A stretch of DNA of 64,000 nt from the NCBI GenBank assembly GCA_951406725.2, contig OX597837.1, forward strand, positions 24,366,001-24,430,000, in the 5' to 3' direction. A model generated the notes under the pieces. That model did no database searches and was not told the DNA's origin. It was given only the letters and a program-made list of their open reading frames with translations. Shown here one piece after another: positions 12,922 through 24,597 of the stretch (position 1 is the stretch's first letter; every line of letters starts with the position of its first letter). This DNA comes from Octopus vulgaris. Lineage: Eukaryota. Both the position numbers and the translations under genes were made by a program.

Positions 12922-14140
12922 CAGGGGTTAGACAAAATAAAGGAAACACCTTAAAATTTCAAACAAATTTATTTTAATATGGGGTACGACCACCTTTGGC
13001 AGTAATTACAGCTTGAATTCTACGAGGTATGGACTCGTACAAAGTTTGAATTGTTTCCAAAGGGATTTTTGTCCATCCTTCAGCTAAAACAGTCTCCAAT
13101 TCTTGCAGTGATGATGGTGGAGGTTATAGACTCCTTACTTGTTCAATAATATAGAAATCTGGGGACTGTGGTGGCCAGATACGATGTTCAACTTCATTAG
13201 AATGTTCCTCGTGCCATTCAGTAACAACTTTAGCTGTATGAATTGGTGCATTATCATCCTGAAACAGTTCTGCAACCATAGGATGAATTTGATCAGATAA
13301 AATGCTTAAATAGTCTTGACTATTAATTCTGCCATGAAGGGAAACCATTGGGCCAGTGGATTTCCAAGATATAGCCCTCCAGATCATCACAGATCCTCCT
13401 CCATGTTTAACAGTTGGAAGAAGACAGTCTGGGTCAAATGCTTCTTTTGGCAGTCTCCACACATATACTCAGCCAGTGGTCGGAAATGAGGTAAAGGATG
13501 ACTCGTCTGAGAAAATAACATTCTTCCACTGCTCTAGGGACCAATTCTGTAGGTTTTTACTCCACTCTAAACACTTTGCAACGTTTGATTTTAAAAGTAG
13601 TGGTTTTCTGATTGCAGTCCTCCCGTGAAATCCAGCTTTGTGCAGCTCCCGGCAAACAGTTTCTGTGGAAACTGCCTTCTCAAGGTGGTCATTAAGCTCT
13701 GCAGTAATTTTGGGAGCTGTACTTTTGTGATCCGTTCTAACAATTCTCGTAAGAGTCTGATGGTCCCTTTCTGAAAGTCTTGGTTTTCTTCCAGAGTTTT
13801 GTTTCAACGAGGAGGTTTTTCCCTCTTTCTCAAAGACTGTCATTACTTTTGAGACAGTAGTTTTTGATATCACCAAACATTTCGGCTGTTTTTGTTATGC
13901 TAGCACCTCCCATATGAGAACCAACAATTTGACCGCTTTGAAAGTGCGATAGATCTGTCATTTTAATGAATTTTAATTACCTTTTTCTGATGATATCTGA
14001 AAAGAAACTGCAATTTTAGAAAAACATATGAAGCAACACTAATAATAAATCAAAAAGCATAAAAATAAACAAGCTTTTGAGTTTTATAGATATTTCAAAA
14101 TTTTGATGCTATGATGCTAAGTGTTTCCATTATTTTGTCA
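12922..14140 (-). mobile_element. Tc1-family DNA transposon with disrupted transposase (~13961-12974)
   Basis: TA-CAGGGGTTAGACAAAATAAAGGAAACAC left TIR and partial right TIR GTGTTTCCATTATTTTGTCA. Motifs WKNVIFSDES, TVKHGGGSVMIW, FQDDNAPIH and WPPQSPD are present, with frameshifts and stops. Confidence 0.92.
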
Positions 14141-14484
14141 TTGAATTTCTAATAAATAAACTGTTAGAAAACTAACTTTTCTCATTTCCATATGTAATAT
14201 TGGTTTCGAATTTTGGCACAAAATTTCAAACCAATATTAGAGGAGGTGGCTAAGTCAATAACATTAACCCCAGGGCTCAAATCATACTTATTTCATCAAC
14301 TCTGAAAGGATGAAAGGCAAAGTCAACCTCAACAGAATTTGAACTCAGAATGTAAAGATGAAGTGCTAAAAGGCATTTTACCCAGTGTGCTAATGGTTCT
14401 GCCAGCTACCTGCCTTATTATTCCTTCTAAAGTGTTCTCTCATAAATTTATTTGTAATTCACACTGTATTACTTGTACTCTAGT

Positions 14485-14809
14485 GAGGACATGTGGCTTA
14501 GTGGTTAGGGCATTCGGCTCATGATCGTAAGGTTGTGAGTTCGATTCACAGCGATGCGTTGTGTCCTTGAGCAAGACACTTTATTTCACGCTGCTCCAGT
14601 CCACTCAGCTGACAAAAATGAGTAGTACCTGTATTTCAAAAAGGGCCTGCCTTGTCACACTCTGTGTCATGCTGAATCTCCTTGCGAACTACATTAAGGG
14701 TACACGTGTCTGTGTAGTGCTCAGCCACTTGCACATTAATTTCATGAGCAAGTTGTTCCATTGATCGTATCAGCTGGGACCCTCGTCATCGTAACCAACA
14801 GAGTGCTCC
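14485..14809 (+). mobile_element. SINE family B variant (different 5' half) with 15-bp TSD
   Basis: TACTTGTACTCTAGT duplicated. Shares its 3' half with family B. Relatives at ~3255-3545 (-), 28712-29412 (+, split) and 32750-32862. Confidence 0.85.
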
Positions 14810-14844
14810 TACTTGTACTCTAGTAATAAGTAACATATAATTAC

Positions 14845-15049
14845 CTTCTGTTGTATTTTTTCATTGGGGTTTGGTAAAAGTGCAGCTGCAAACCATGGTC
14901 CATGTCTAGGTGCGTCCATATTAATGACAGTGGTCCTGTTGTCGGAACGTAATATGAAACGCTCGGAAAATGTTCGTTTTAAGTAGAAGGTATTTGGAAA
15001 TGTTTTGTTTGTGAGGTTGATGATAGGAAAACTGCCATACTGTAAAAAA
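14845..15049 (-). CDS. PGAP6: PGAP6/TMEM8-family gene, exon 3
   Basis: TTCTTTTCCAG| ... AAG|GTAATT, 205 nt, phase 2 to 0. Encodes FLQYGSFPIINLTNKTFPNTF...DAPRHGPWFAAALLPNPNEKIQQK, matching TMEM8 motifs G-x-x-P-[VI]-I-N and P-x-x-G-x-W-F-x-A-A-x-L-P. Confidence 0.92.
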
Positions 15050-15169
15050 CTGGAAAAGAAAAAAGAAAAAAAGTTAAAATCAGTATTGAAGGAGATGCAA
15101 TCATAAAAGATAAACAAACAGGAAATTGCAGGTCAAGTCCCATCAGAGGTACAGAATTTTTTTGCGCCA

Positions 15170-15433
15170 CCTTTACTGGCTTCTGTGCCAGTGGCATGTA
15201 AAAAGCACCAACTGATAGTGGCCGTTGCCAGCTTCCCCTGGCACCTGTGCTGGAGGCACATAAAAAGCACTCACTATACTCATGGAGTGGTTGGTGTTGG
15301 GAAGGACATCCAGCTGTAGAAACACTGCCAGATCAGACTGGAGCCTGGTGCAGCCTCCTGGCTTCCCAGACCCCGGTCGAACTGTCCAACCCATGCTAGC
15401 ATGGAAAACGGACATTAAACGATGATGATGATG
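15170..15433 (+). mobile_element. Family C
   Basis: Homologue with (GAT)n tail. Confidence 0.8.
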
Positions 15434-16427
15434 ACATAGGTGTGGCTGTGGGGTAAGAAGCTTGTGATAAGAAGACTAAAAATAAATGAAGCAAGCTTGC
15501 TCTGGTTGCATGTACAATGTAAGTGCATGAATGACAAAACGTAAATGTGTTGAGAGAAAAACTGGGCATAAAATAAATCAGATGTAGTATGCAAGTGTGA
15601 AGACTACACTGGTATTGCTAAGTAGTGTATATGGATGAAGACAGCTGCAAGGTTCAACATCAGTTTTCACCACTTCATCCCATGTCTTCCTCTTCCACAG
15701 GTCCGATCAACTTTGTGTGCTCAGCACTTCCTTTATGCAGCTTTCATCATACACATCCCGCATCCATATCATCACAGTTTTCTCTCTTACAAACCACAGC
15801 TCACTCCTCCATATGCACAGTTTTTCTCCGAGGTCATTTGTCCCATGCTGTTCAAGCAAACTGACATTATGGTGGCTGCCCCCTCGTTATCGAGTATGGC
15901 CATTGCACGTAGCTTAATCAATGTTGTTATCGTGCAATGCCTGTGCAAGAAGATTTTTTTTTAAAGTGAGGAAAGGCTGTGCACTGAGTCAATCCCACTC
16001 ACTAAGCAGCAGCAGCCATAATCCGAAAAGAAGAACAAGTCAACATCATTGGTAACCACTGAGCCACAGGTTTTATGTCGGAGTTATCCCAGTTACCTGA
16101 GTTACCTTCTCATAGTAGGATGCCCTAACAAAGGCTAGGAGTCCTTCACTCCCAATGGTTTAACCGTGCGATCGGGTATTCAGTTCGATTATTTCTATGT
16201 CCCTGCGCATGATACAGCCATAAGACATTTATTGAATGGCCGTTGACTTTCAAGAGTTCCTCCGCCCTTTGACAGGTTTTGTTTTTCATCCCGCAGGGTG
16301 TCCAATAAACAACCTCCTCACCAAGCAGGCTTGGTGGGGTTGCCAGTTTAGTCGCTGACGACCCGACCATGCAACGGGTTGTATTGGTTTACATGTTACC
16401 AGTAGCACTTGAAAGTGACCTGATATT

Positions 16428-16662
16428 ATACCTATTTCTTTACTACCCACAAGGGGCTAAACACAGAGAGGACAAACAAGGACAGACAAACGGTTTAAGG
16501 CGATTATATCGACCCCAGTGCGTAACTGGTACTTAATTTATCGACCCCGAAAGGATGAAAGGCAAAGTCGGCTTCAGCGGAATTTGAACTCAGAACGTAA
16601 CAGCAGACGAAATACTGCTACGCATTTCGCCCTCGTGCTAACGTTTCTGCCAGCTCGCCACC
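16428..16662 (-). mobile_element. SINE family D
   Basis: Full-length homologue. Confidence 0.85.
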
Positions 16663-17654
16663 CAAAAGACATTATACCTCCTACCTCCACTGGAACATGC
16701 TTGTGCCATTTCTTTCTAGCCTTTGCATATCCCCAACATTCAAGGTTCAGATCTCATTATACTTCACACCCAAGTATCATCTCAGAGTATTGGTAACAAC
16801 AAGTGCCTCATTTATAGAATAATGACTATGAAAACTTTTAGTAAGATAAAAAAAACAAAAAAAAAACAAGAAGTAGATTACTGAGTTGAAGGGACATCAA
16901 AAAGGTTTCCAGAAGTCAGTAGTGGTTATGCTGGTGTGAATACAAGGTGAAAAGATTGGCAAACCAAGGTGTTGAAGGATTAATGAATCCAAGCAAAAGA
17001 GTCACTTAACTTTCCATCTAGCAACAGAAACAAATTCCATTTAGCAGCCCATAGATGAGAATCAAATGGAACTTATATGGACACAGGTTCATGTGTCATA
17101 TAGCTAGCTAGAGGCGATGGCCTCTTGCAGCTAATCAACGGCAGCTTAAGTCTTATATTTATGGACTGCCATATTAGCTTGGCGATAACTGTTAATTTCC
17201 AGTACCGTTGTCGTAGTCTCCTTTAGAGAGACTTAGAAATTTTAATATTTCTATTTTTGAAACTTATATCATTAGCAGAATTTAGTATTTATTTATTTAT
17301 TTATTCTCACTTACTCACTCACTCACACACATGCACACGCACACACACACACACACAGAAGAAAAGAGAACCAGTATTTCATAACGGGCAATTGGATGTA
17401 TCTCATTCTTAATGTAAAGTTTCAGAATAAATTAGGTGACAAGTGTATAATAAAGAATATAGCTTTCAAAGATGTCTCTAACAACTGCACCCATCTGTAC
17501 TACCTGCGTAGGCTTTATGTTAACACAAGAAGGAAACATTTCCGAAGAAAATACAATTTCAAATAAAAATAAAAATTAAGAATTTTGCGATCCTCTGTAA
17601 AATTCAAATTATCGTATAACTTTCCAAAATACCTATAAAACATTTATAAGTACA

Positions 17655-17724
17655 ATTTTATTTTATTTTATTTTATCTAGTTTCAGCTCACGAGCTATGG
17701 CCATGCTGGGGCACTGCCATTTGA
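17655..17724 (-). mobile_element. Extreme 3' tail of CR1-group LINE with (TAAAA)n
   Basis: AATGGCAGTGCCCCAGCATGGCCATAGCTCGTGAGCTGAAACTAGAT is near-identical to the LINE 3' end at 42897-42943. Confidence 0.8.
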
Positions 17725-17738
17725 AAAATGTCATTCGT

Positions 17739-17811
17739 AGGTTCCAGCGAGTTTTGAACTCACGACCTTCTGCGTGTTAAGCAGATGTGATAACCACTAC
17801 ACCATGGAACC
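17739..17811 (-). tRNA. tRNA-Val(AAC) gene or retrocopy
   Basis: GGTTCCATGGTGTAGTGGTTATCACATCTGCTTAACACGCAGAAGGTCGTGAGTTCAAAACTCGCTGGAACCT folds as a full cloverleaf (acceptor GGTTCCA/TGGAACC; anticodon stem TCTGC/GCAGA with AAC). T5 lies ~10 nt downstream. The discriminator is an atypical T. Confidence 0.8.
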
Positions 17812-17899
17812 TTGGTACTGTTTGTAAATAATGTGCAGCAAAAAAGCCAATGTATTTAGAGAAATAACTACATTCCTACAAAATTGCAGTCATGCAAAC

Positions 17900-18369
17900 T
17901 AGCACCGATGCCAGTGACACATAAAAGCACCCCATTGTTACACAAATGGCACCCATACAGTAGCAAGTAAAAGCACCCATTACACTCTCGGAGTGGTTGG
18001 CATTAGGAAGGGCATCCAGCTTTAGAAAACCATGCCAAATCAGACTGGAGTCTGGTGCGCAAAAAAAGCCAATGTATTCTTTGTATGCCCAGTACTTATT
18101 CTATCAGTCTCGTTTGCCGAACCGCTAAGTGACGGAGACATAAACACACCAGCATCGGTTGTCAAGCAATGCTAGGGGGACAAATACAGACACACAAACA
18201 AACCATGCCAAATCAGACTGGAGTCTGGTGCAGCCTTTCGGTGTGCTGGCCACTCACAAGGCTTTGGTCAGCCCGAGGCTGTAGTAGAAGACACTTGCCC
18301 AAGGTGCCACGCAGTGGGACTGAACCCGGAACCATGTGGTTGGTAAGCAAGCTACTTACCACACAGCCT
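17900..18369. mobile_element. Scrambled family C / family A chimera
   Basis: Alternating segments, with duplicated AAACCATGCCAAATCAGACTGGAGTCTGGTGC and AAAAAAGCCAATGTATT. Confidence 0.7.
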
Positions 18370-19592
18370 GATGAAAGAATTTGCAGCAGAAATGAGCTGA
18401 GAGACTGGAGACGTATGAAGTTTTTAAAAAGATCAAAGAGTGATAGGTTTCAACACACAAAGGATTAAGGCAACAGGAATAGAGATTATTAAATACAGAC
18501 TCATCCAACACAACCATGTATCAAAGAATATGATAAAGATATTAGACTATATTTTTTAACAAGCTCACTGGCTAATCACAACACCAGTGCCTGTCCTGAG
18601 ATGGCAAGGGTTTATCACTCTGCTAGTGATATACACAAGCATGCATTTTGCACTAAAAGCCTATAGGAGAGTATCTCTCATGGTATCTACTGCAGTATAG
18701 TTTGTTCTAACAGAACATCCAGGTTTAAGTGGGGACAAATATTACTTCTCAGTATTAATACTGTCTCTTTTGCTAATATATATTTTTTAACAAGCTCACT
18801 GGTTAATCATGACACCAGCGCCTGTCGTGGTACTGACTTTCTATAGACTGCTGGTGGAGAGATGAGTTGCTGCTATCTCTAGCAGTTGAGTGTCCGTCAA
18901 TGAAAAGATCAAGGAAGGTCGAAATCATGTGATCTGATGCTCTCGGCACTGGAGATGGCAGAGATTTATCTCCCACTAGCAATATAAACAGGTGAGCATT
19001 TTACATCAAAAGCCCACCCATATGAGAATTTCTCTCATGGCATCTATTGCAGTATAATCTGTTCTAACAGAACATCCACATTTAAACGAGAATAAATAAT
19101 AGCATTAGACATTATGGAGACAGAAAATGGCAGCAGACCTAGTGACAGGATTTGAACAACTAATTTAACACTTCTAGGTAACCATGCTGTTAGCAATTTA
19201 CATTTTTCAAACCATGAATCATTTTGTTTCATTGTTGTTTATTTTTTTCTGTTATTTTATTAACTGTTTTATCTTTGACATGCTTTATCAGTCGTTTATT
19301 GCTAAGAGGCAAGGCCACTTTACTAATGTCCAACATAGAAAGATATCCTACTTTGTTTCTTCTTTTTATGTTTGTGATAAGAAATAACCTATTAATCAAA
19401 TTACAAATTATCTACAGGCGTGACTGGGTGGTAAGAAGCTTACTTCCCAACTACATAATTCTAGGCCCAGTCCCACTGCATGGCACCTTGGGCATGTGTC
19501 TTCTACTACAGCCTCAGGCCAACCAAAGCCTTCTGAGTGGATTTGGTAGATGGAAACTGAAAGAAGCCCATTGTATATATGTATGTATATAT

Positions 19593-19945
19593 ACAGGATA
19601 CGGTGAATAAACTGTTGTCTAAATTACACAAAAATGAAAATAACACTGACATCTCATTTTAACAGATATATTTTCTAAAATTACATAAAAATATCTTGAA
19701 ATACTAAAGAGTAAATTTATTCAATAAAATTGCCATTGGCTTCAACCACAGCCTCCAGATGACTTCAGAATCTCTTCTGGACAGTCTCCTTGTTTAAGTT
19801 GATCAATGCTGCCATAATCCTTGCCTTCAGCTCATCTTTGGTGTAAGGAGTTTTGTTGGTCTCTCATTCAACTGAACCCCACCCATAATAATCAAGGGGG
19901 TTGCAGTCTGGGGAGTTAGGTGGCCAGATGTTAGGGGTGAAATTT
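19593..19945 (-). mobile_element. Mariner-like transposon 3' fragment
   Basis: Minus-strand WPPNSPDCNPLDYY motif. The terminus begins TA-CAGG. Confidence 0.65.
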
Positions 19946-20040
19946 TGGAGAGATGGATAGTTGATTACAGTGACCCCTGTACTCAACTAGTACTTATTAA
20001 ACCATACCCTACATTAAACCATTCTCTCTCAACACAATAA

Positions 20041-20650
20041 TTAACCCTTTAGCATTTAAACCGGCCATATCCGGCCAAAAGTATTCTGCATGTTTTATGT
20101 TCAAACTGGCCAGATCTGGTCTCTCATACCAACCCTACAATATTGTTTTAAAAATTAACAACTACCTCATCAAAATCTCATAGCTACAAGATTAATGAAT
20201 GATTAGTTCAAAACAATGTGGATAAAAAAGGATTAATTTTGGCAGAATTAAAAAATCAAAAAATCAAAATCAAAATCGATCAACATGAATGGAAATTGTA
20301 GCTGTGATACCAGTGCTGGTGGCACATAAGAGAACCATCCAAACGTGGCCGTTGCCAGTGCCGCCCTGACTGGCTTCCGTGCCGGTGGCATGTAAAAAGC
20401 ACCATCCAATCGTGGCCGTTGCCAGCCTCGTCTGGCACCTGTGCCGGTGGCACGTAAAAAGCACCCACTACACTCATGGAGTGGTTGGCGTTAGGAAGGG
20501 CATCCAGCCGTAGAAACATTGCCAGATCAGACACTGGGCCTGGTGCAGCCTTCTGGCTTCCCAGACCCCAGTTGCACTGTCCAACCCATGCCAGCATGGA
20601 AAGCGGACGCTAAACGATGATGATGATGAATGTGAACACTAAAGGGTTAA
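20041..20650. mobile_element. piggyBac-type MITE interrupted by an RTE-tail element
   Basis: TTAA-CCCTTTAG ... CTAAAGGG-TTAA termini. Relatives at 10083-10314, ~1600-2277 and ~51220-51385. Confidence 0.7.
20250..20628 (+). mobile_element. Family C
   Basis: Nested in a piggyBac-type MITE. Confidence 0.85.
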
Positions 20651-21439
20651 TGTTCTTCCAAATGTGGTGGGAAGATAAGCTCAGTTATCTTGTTTACAGG
20701 AATGTTACAGTTTCATTTACATCTACTTCTATAACAACTGCAAGAAATCAATATTTTTCATATATAAATATAGTGAGTGCCACAGAATAGTAATAAATTC
20801 CTACCAAATTTATTGCCAATATTTTATTCTCCCGGTAATTTCACTGTTTATGTCAAAAATTCCTGTTTGAAATGACCACAATTTAATCTCCCTCTCCTGC
20901 CTTTATAAACCTGAAATTTTGTGCAATGTAAAACCATTCTCTTGAAAGATAGTATGACTGAACAACTGAGAGAGAGCCTCTATGCATTCTTTTGACATGC
21001 TCAAAACAACACCTAAATCTTGTCCCTAACATTACATCCTGTCATCTTAAAATGGTTGGCTACATTAGATAGTACAGAATTAGATACACCAAATAAATAT
21101 TAAATGAGCTGGTTCTGGCTAGAACACCTTATAGTCCTATTTGATCAAGGTTGATCTGGGGCAAAATAGCAGACTTAGAAATTGCTGAATTTTGTTTTGA
21201 CAATTATGTACATCCCTGAAGTTAAATAATAGCAGAAGATTTGATATGACACTTGTGTGTACCATTATAAGCACGTATATCATTATATGTAGAGTAATAG
21301 CTGACAATTAAAATGACCAATAACACGAAGAGCAAATAACAGATGGTCTGGCTTATTTTACTGACTCTACAATGAATTGAAAAGGCTGAAGCCATGTCCC
21401 TTGTTTAGACCAAGCACACTAAGGAAAGGTGAAGAGTTC

Positions 21440-21918
21440 TTCACGGAGGGGGAGCCATGTAGTGACGCTACTGTGGAAGTTTCAGCGCGCATGTGCAGAA
21501 TTGGATTACTTCCGGTAGGCCGCCGGAAGTTCCCTCATGGGCATGCACAGGAACTGCAAATTGAAAGTGTCTCCGCTAAATCTTTCTTCTTCGAAGAGCA
21601 GCCCTAATGAGCGGACGTGACTAAAACTTCTCTCAGGGAAAACCCTACACATAGAGAAGCTCTCTTCGAAGCAGGAACGGAGACCGTATCTTCTTGGCTC
21701 ACCCAAGTGAACATTTGTAAACAGTCCTGTGGACTTGGCTGCTGGTTCGCCCTTAAGAAATATATATGTATATATTTTACCTGTGAACCCGAAGAATAAA
21801 GTGTTATTTATTGTTATCAAAGACAGCCGGATTTTTGGTTCCTTTTCTTCAACTATTGTGTGTGACAAGATAAGACCAGACACCCCTCAAGTGTTCCTGA
21901 AACTCTCATCTTGTTACA
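21440..21918 (+). mobile_element. LTR retrotransposon remnant: polypurine tract plus 3' LTR (21458-21918)
   Basis: GGAGGGGGAG just before TGTAGTGAC. Ends GTTACA. Internal AATAAA at ~21795. Confidence 0.5.
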
Positions 21919-22357
21919 GTTCTGTTACCAAGGTGTCTGCTCCTTGTCAGTACAATACCTCAGTAACCAACAGGGTCCTTAACTAATACTTTCCTTCTTT
22001 AATATTAGAAGTCAACTGGTGCAGACACGACTGTGATAACAACCTAGCTTCTCAATTACATGGTCTCGAGTTCAATTCCACCATTTAGCACCTTAAGCAT
22101 GTATCTTCTACAATAGCTCCAAGGCAACCAAAGTCTTGACAGTGAAATTTAGTAGCAGGAAACTATTAGCTCAAGCTCATCAGAGGAATCTTTCTCATAT
22201 TTGTGTAGTAGACTTAATTACTTGCCGGGAATAACACTGCCATGTGGCCATTGGATGCCTTAAGTGGTATTTAGAGAAGAGATCCTAGGCATCTTCTTTT
22301 CTATTATTTTTGGAGAATTTAAAAATGATCACAGGTGCTACCCTTGAACCTCTAAAA

Positions 22358-22587
22358 CAGTAGTTCTCAACTGGGGCCCATGAAAGATTTTGTTGATAAA
22401 ATTTATTTGCAATAAATTGATTTTACTTCTACCATTCACAAAATATTTTATTCATTTATACAATTCTTAACAATGTTTACTTATAAAAATTCAGTATTTT
22501 GTATATCCATGAAATGGCTATGGCGGTCCAGCAGAGTAAAATAGGAATCGAAGGGGTCCATAGGCAAAAAGTGGTTGAGAACCACTG
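22358..22587. mobile_element. hAT (Charlie-like) MITE
   Basis: TIRs CAGTAGTTCTCAAC / GTTGAGAACCACTG. Imperfect 8-bp TSD CTCTAAAA / CTCTAAGC. Confidence 0.7.
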
Positions 22588-22602
22588 CTCTAAGCCAAGG
22601 AT

Positions 22603-22984
22603 ACTCTTTTACTTGTTTCAGTCATTTGACTGTGGCCATGCTGGAGCACCGCCTTTAGTCAAACAAACTGACCCCAGGACTTATTCATTGTAAGGCTAGT
22701 ACTTATTCTATCAGTCCCTTTTGCCGAACCGCTATGTTACGGGGATGTAAACACACCAGCATCGGTTGTCAAGCAATGTTGGGGAGACAAACACACACAC
22801 AAATACACACACACATACATATATATGACGGGCTTCTTTCAGTTTCCGTCTACCAAATCCACTCACAAGGCTTTGGTCGACCCGAGGCTATAGTAGGACA
22901 CTTGCTCAAGGTGCCGTGCAGTGGGACTGAACCCGTAACCATGTGGTTCGTAAGCAAGCTACTTACCACACAGCCACTCCTACA
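22603..22984 (-). mobile_element. SINE family A with 38-bp flanking direct repeat
   Basis: CAAAAAGTGGTTGAGAACCACTGYTCTAAGCCAAGGAT at 22565 and 22985. Confidence 0.9.
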
Positions 22985-23169
22985 CAAAAAGTGGTTGAGA
23001 ACCACTGTTCTAAGCCAAGGATCAGAAACTTTTTTTTACCAATTACCCCAAAGTATATTTATTTACAGTGATGTTACTCGCTTGATTTGAAAGGAAGAAA
23101 ATCATAGATTCTTTGAATTCAAAAGTGTTACTGAATCCATTTTATTGAATCTGTTTACACATCCATTAC

Positions 23170-23492
23170 AAGTGTAACCTCTCGAAAGAGCTGTTCTTCA
23201 CTCCTGCTCCAGAGCGTGGGCTGCGGGGTCACTCCGATAAGCTCTATCTACGACGATTTCATCTCAATCGAGAGAGAGGAGCTTTCTCCATCCGGGTGCG
23301 GATCCATGGAATAAGCTGCTGGACGAGATATTGAAGATGCCGACAACGGCTCGGTTCAAAGTCTCTCTTGACCAGAAATGGCCTGAACTCTTTGTATGAC
23401 CACCCTTCTTGTACATAACTCCCTGTCCCCCTACATGGCCTTGCTTTTGCTTTTTGAGCCAATAAGAATTGAATTGAATTAAATTGAATTAG
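23170..23492 (+). mobile_element. 3' fragment of the same CR1 family, (GAATT)n tail
   Basis: Homologous to 37602-37895. Confidence 0.85.
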
Positions 23493-23706
23493 ACAGATGC
23501 AATGTTGCCAGAAGAAAATTGCTGTCATAACAAGGAACACATCTTTTTATATAATTTTACTTAAGTCTAATTAGTCCTCATTACCCCCAAGAATTTCATT
23601 TTTACCCTACTTGGGGTAATTTACCTTGGTTCATCAACCCCTGCTCTAAGCCATAACGCTTTTTTTTTTCTCTTTTCTTTTTTTTTTGTTTCAAAATCCA
23701 ACTTAC

Positions 23707-23881
23707 ATGTAAACCTGCTTAACTTCACAACTGGCTTTATCTGAGAAACTTTGGAACTTCCATATACTCTGTGTGGATGCTTCTGGAACAGTGAATTCTA
23801 ACAGCTGTGAATCAGGGAACAAACGGTAACCTCGAATTTGTAATGGAGGGGTCCATGACACGTAATCTTGATATATGACTT
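23707..23881 (-). CDS. PGAP6: PGAP6/TMEM8-family gene, exon 2
   Basis: TTTGTCTTTCAG| acceptor, |GTAAGT donor, 175 nt. Encodes EVIYQDYVSWTPPLQIRGYRLFPDSQLLEFTVPEASTQSIWKFQSFSDKASCEVKQVYI, which resembles the TMEM8 N-terminal region (F-x-V-P...W...C). Confidence 0.88.
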
Positions 23882-24597
23882 CTGAAAGACAAAATATTAA
23901 AAAAAAAAATATTTAGTATAGCAACATTACACTGTCTGGGACAATAACATCTATATCATAATTTCTTTGTTCGTGTGCCCATTATACTTTAGTTAGTTAG
24001 AGAGGTGGAGTGAGAGAGAGAGAGAGTCAGAGGGGAGAAATGTGAGTAGAGAAAAAAGAAGAGAGGAGTATAATGATACACTAAGGCTAGATGCATCACA
24101 TGGTTGGTTGAAGGGAAAGGCAAAGATGGTGAAGAAAAAGACAGTGAGAGAAAAGTGGGAAAGAGAAGTGTTAATGGCATGCTGTAGGATGGGGAGAAAA
24201 AGGTGGAGAAAATAAGAGAAATGTTGAAGACATGAAGAGGGGAATTACATGGTTAAAAAGTTTGTTGAAGAGGTAGAGAGAGTGTGAGGTGGGGAATTTT
24301 AAAATCAGTTAATATATTACTGTGATTGGAAGGGAAATAATTTAGCAAAATAAAAATATTGGATCTACAATTTTCAGTTGTGCAATCACCAGCAATGCAA
24401 CTTTCCAGTGCTCTGTTGAGTAGGAGGATACCACAGTGAGAATGGAAGCTGCAGGTGCAATCTTGGGTGGAGCCAACCATGGGTGTAATAAGCTCAGACA
24501 CGGGTATTGGCAACATTTTGCATAAGCAATGGTCAGTAATTATCTTCCTGAGTCACAAGTGTACATCATGTGAGTGTATATATATATATATATATAT

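Noticed and set aside
15870-16420. Possible RTE 5' UTR with an HDV-like ribozyme
   Set aside because: It looks repeat-derived, but I could not build the nested double pseudoknot by eye. An Infernal search would be needed.
18550-19085. Diverged local tandem duplication
   Set aside because: Real but short and old, with no functional signal seen.
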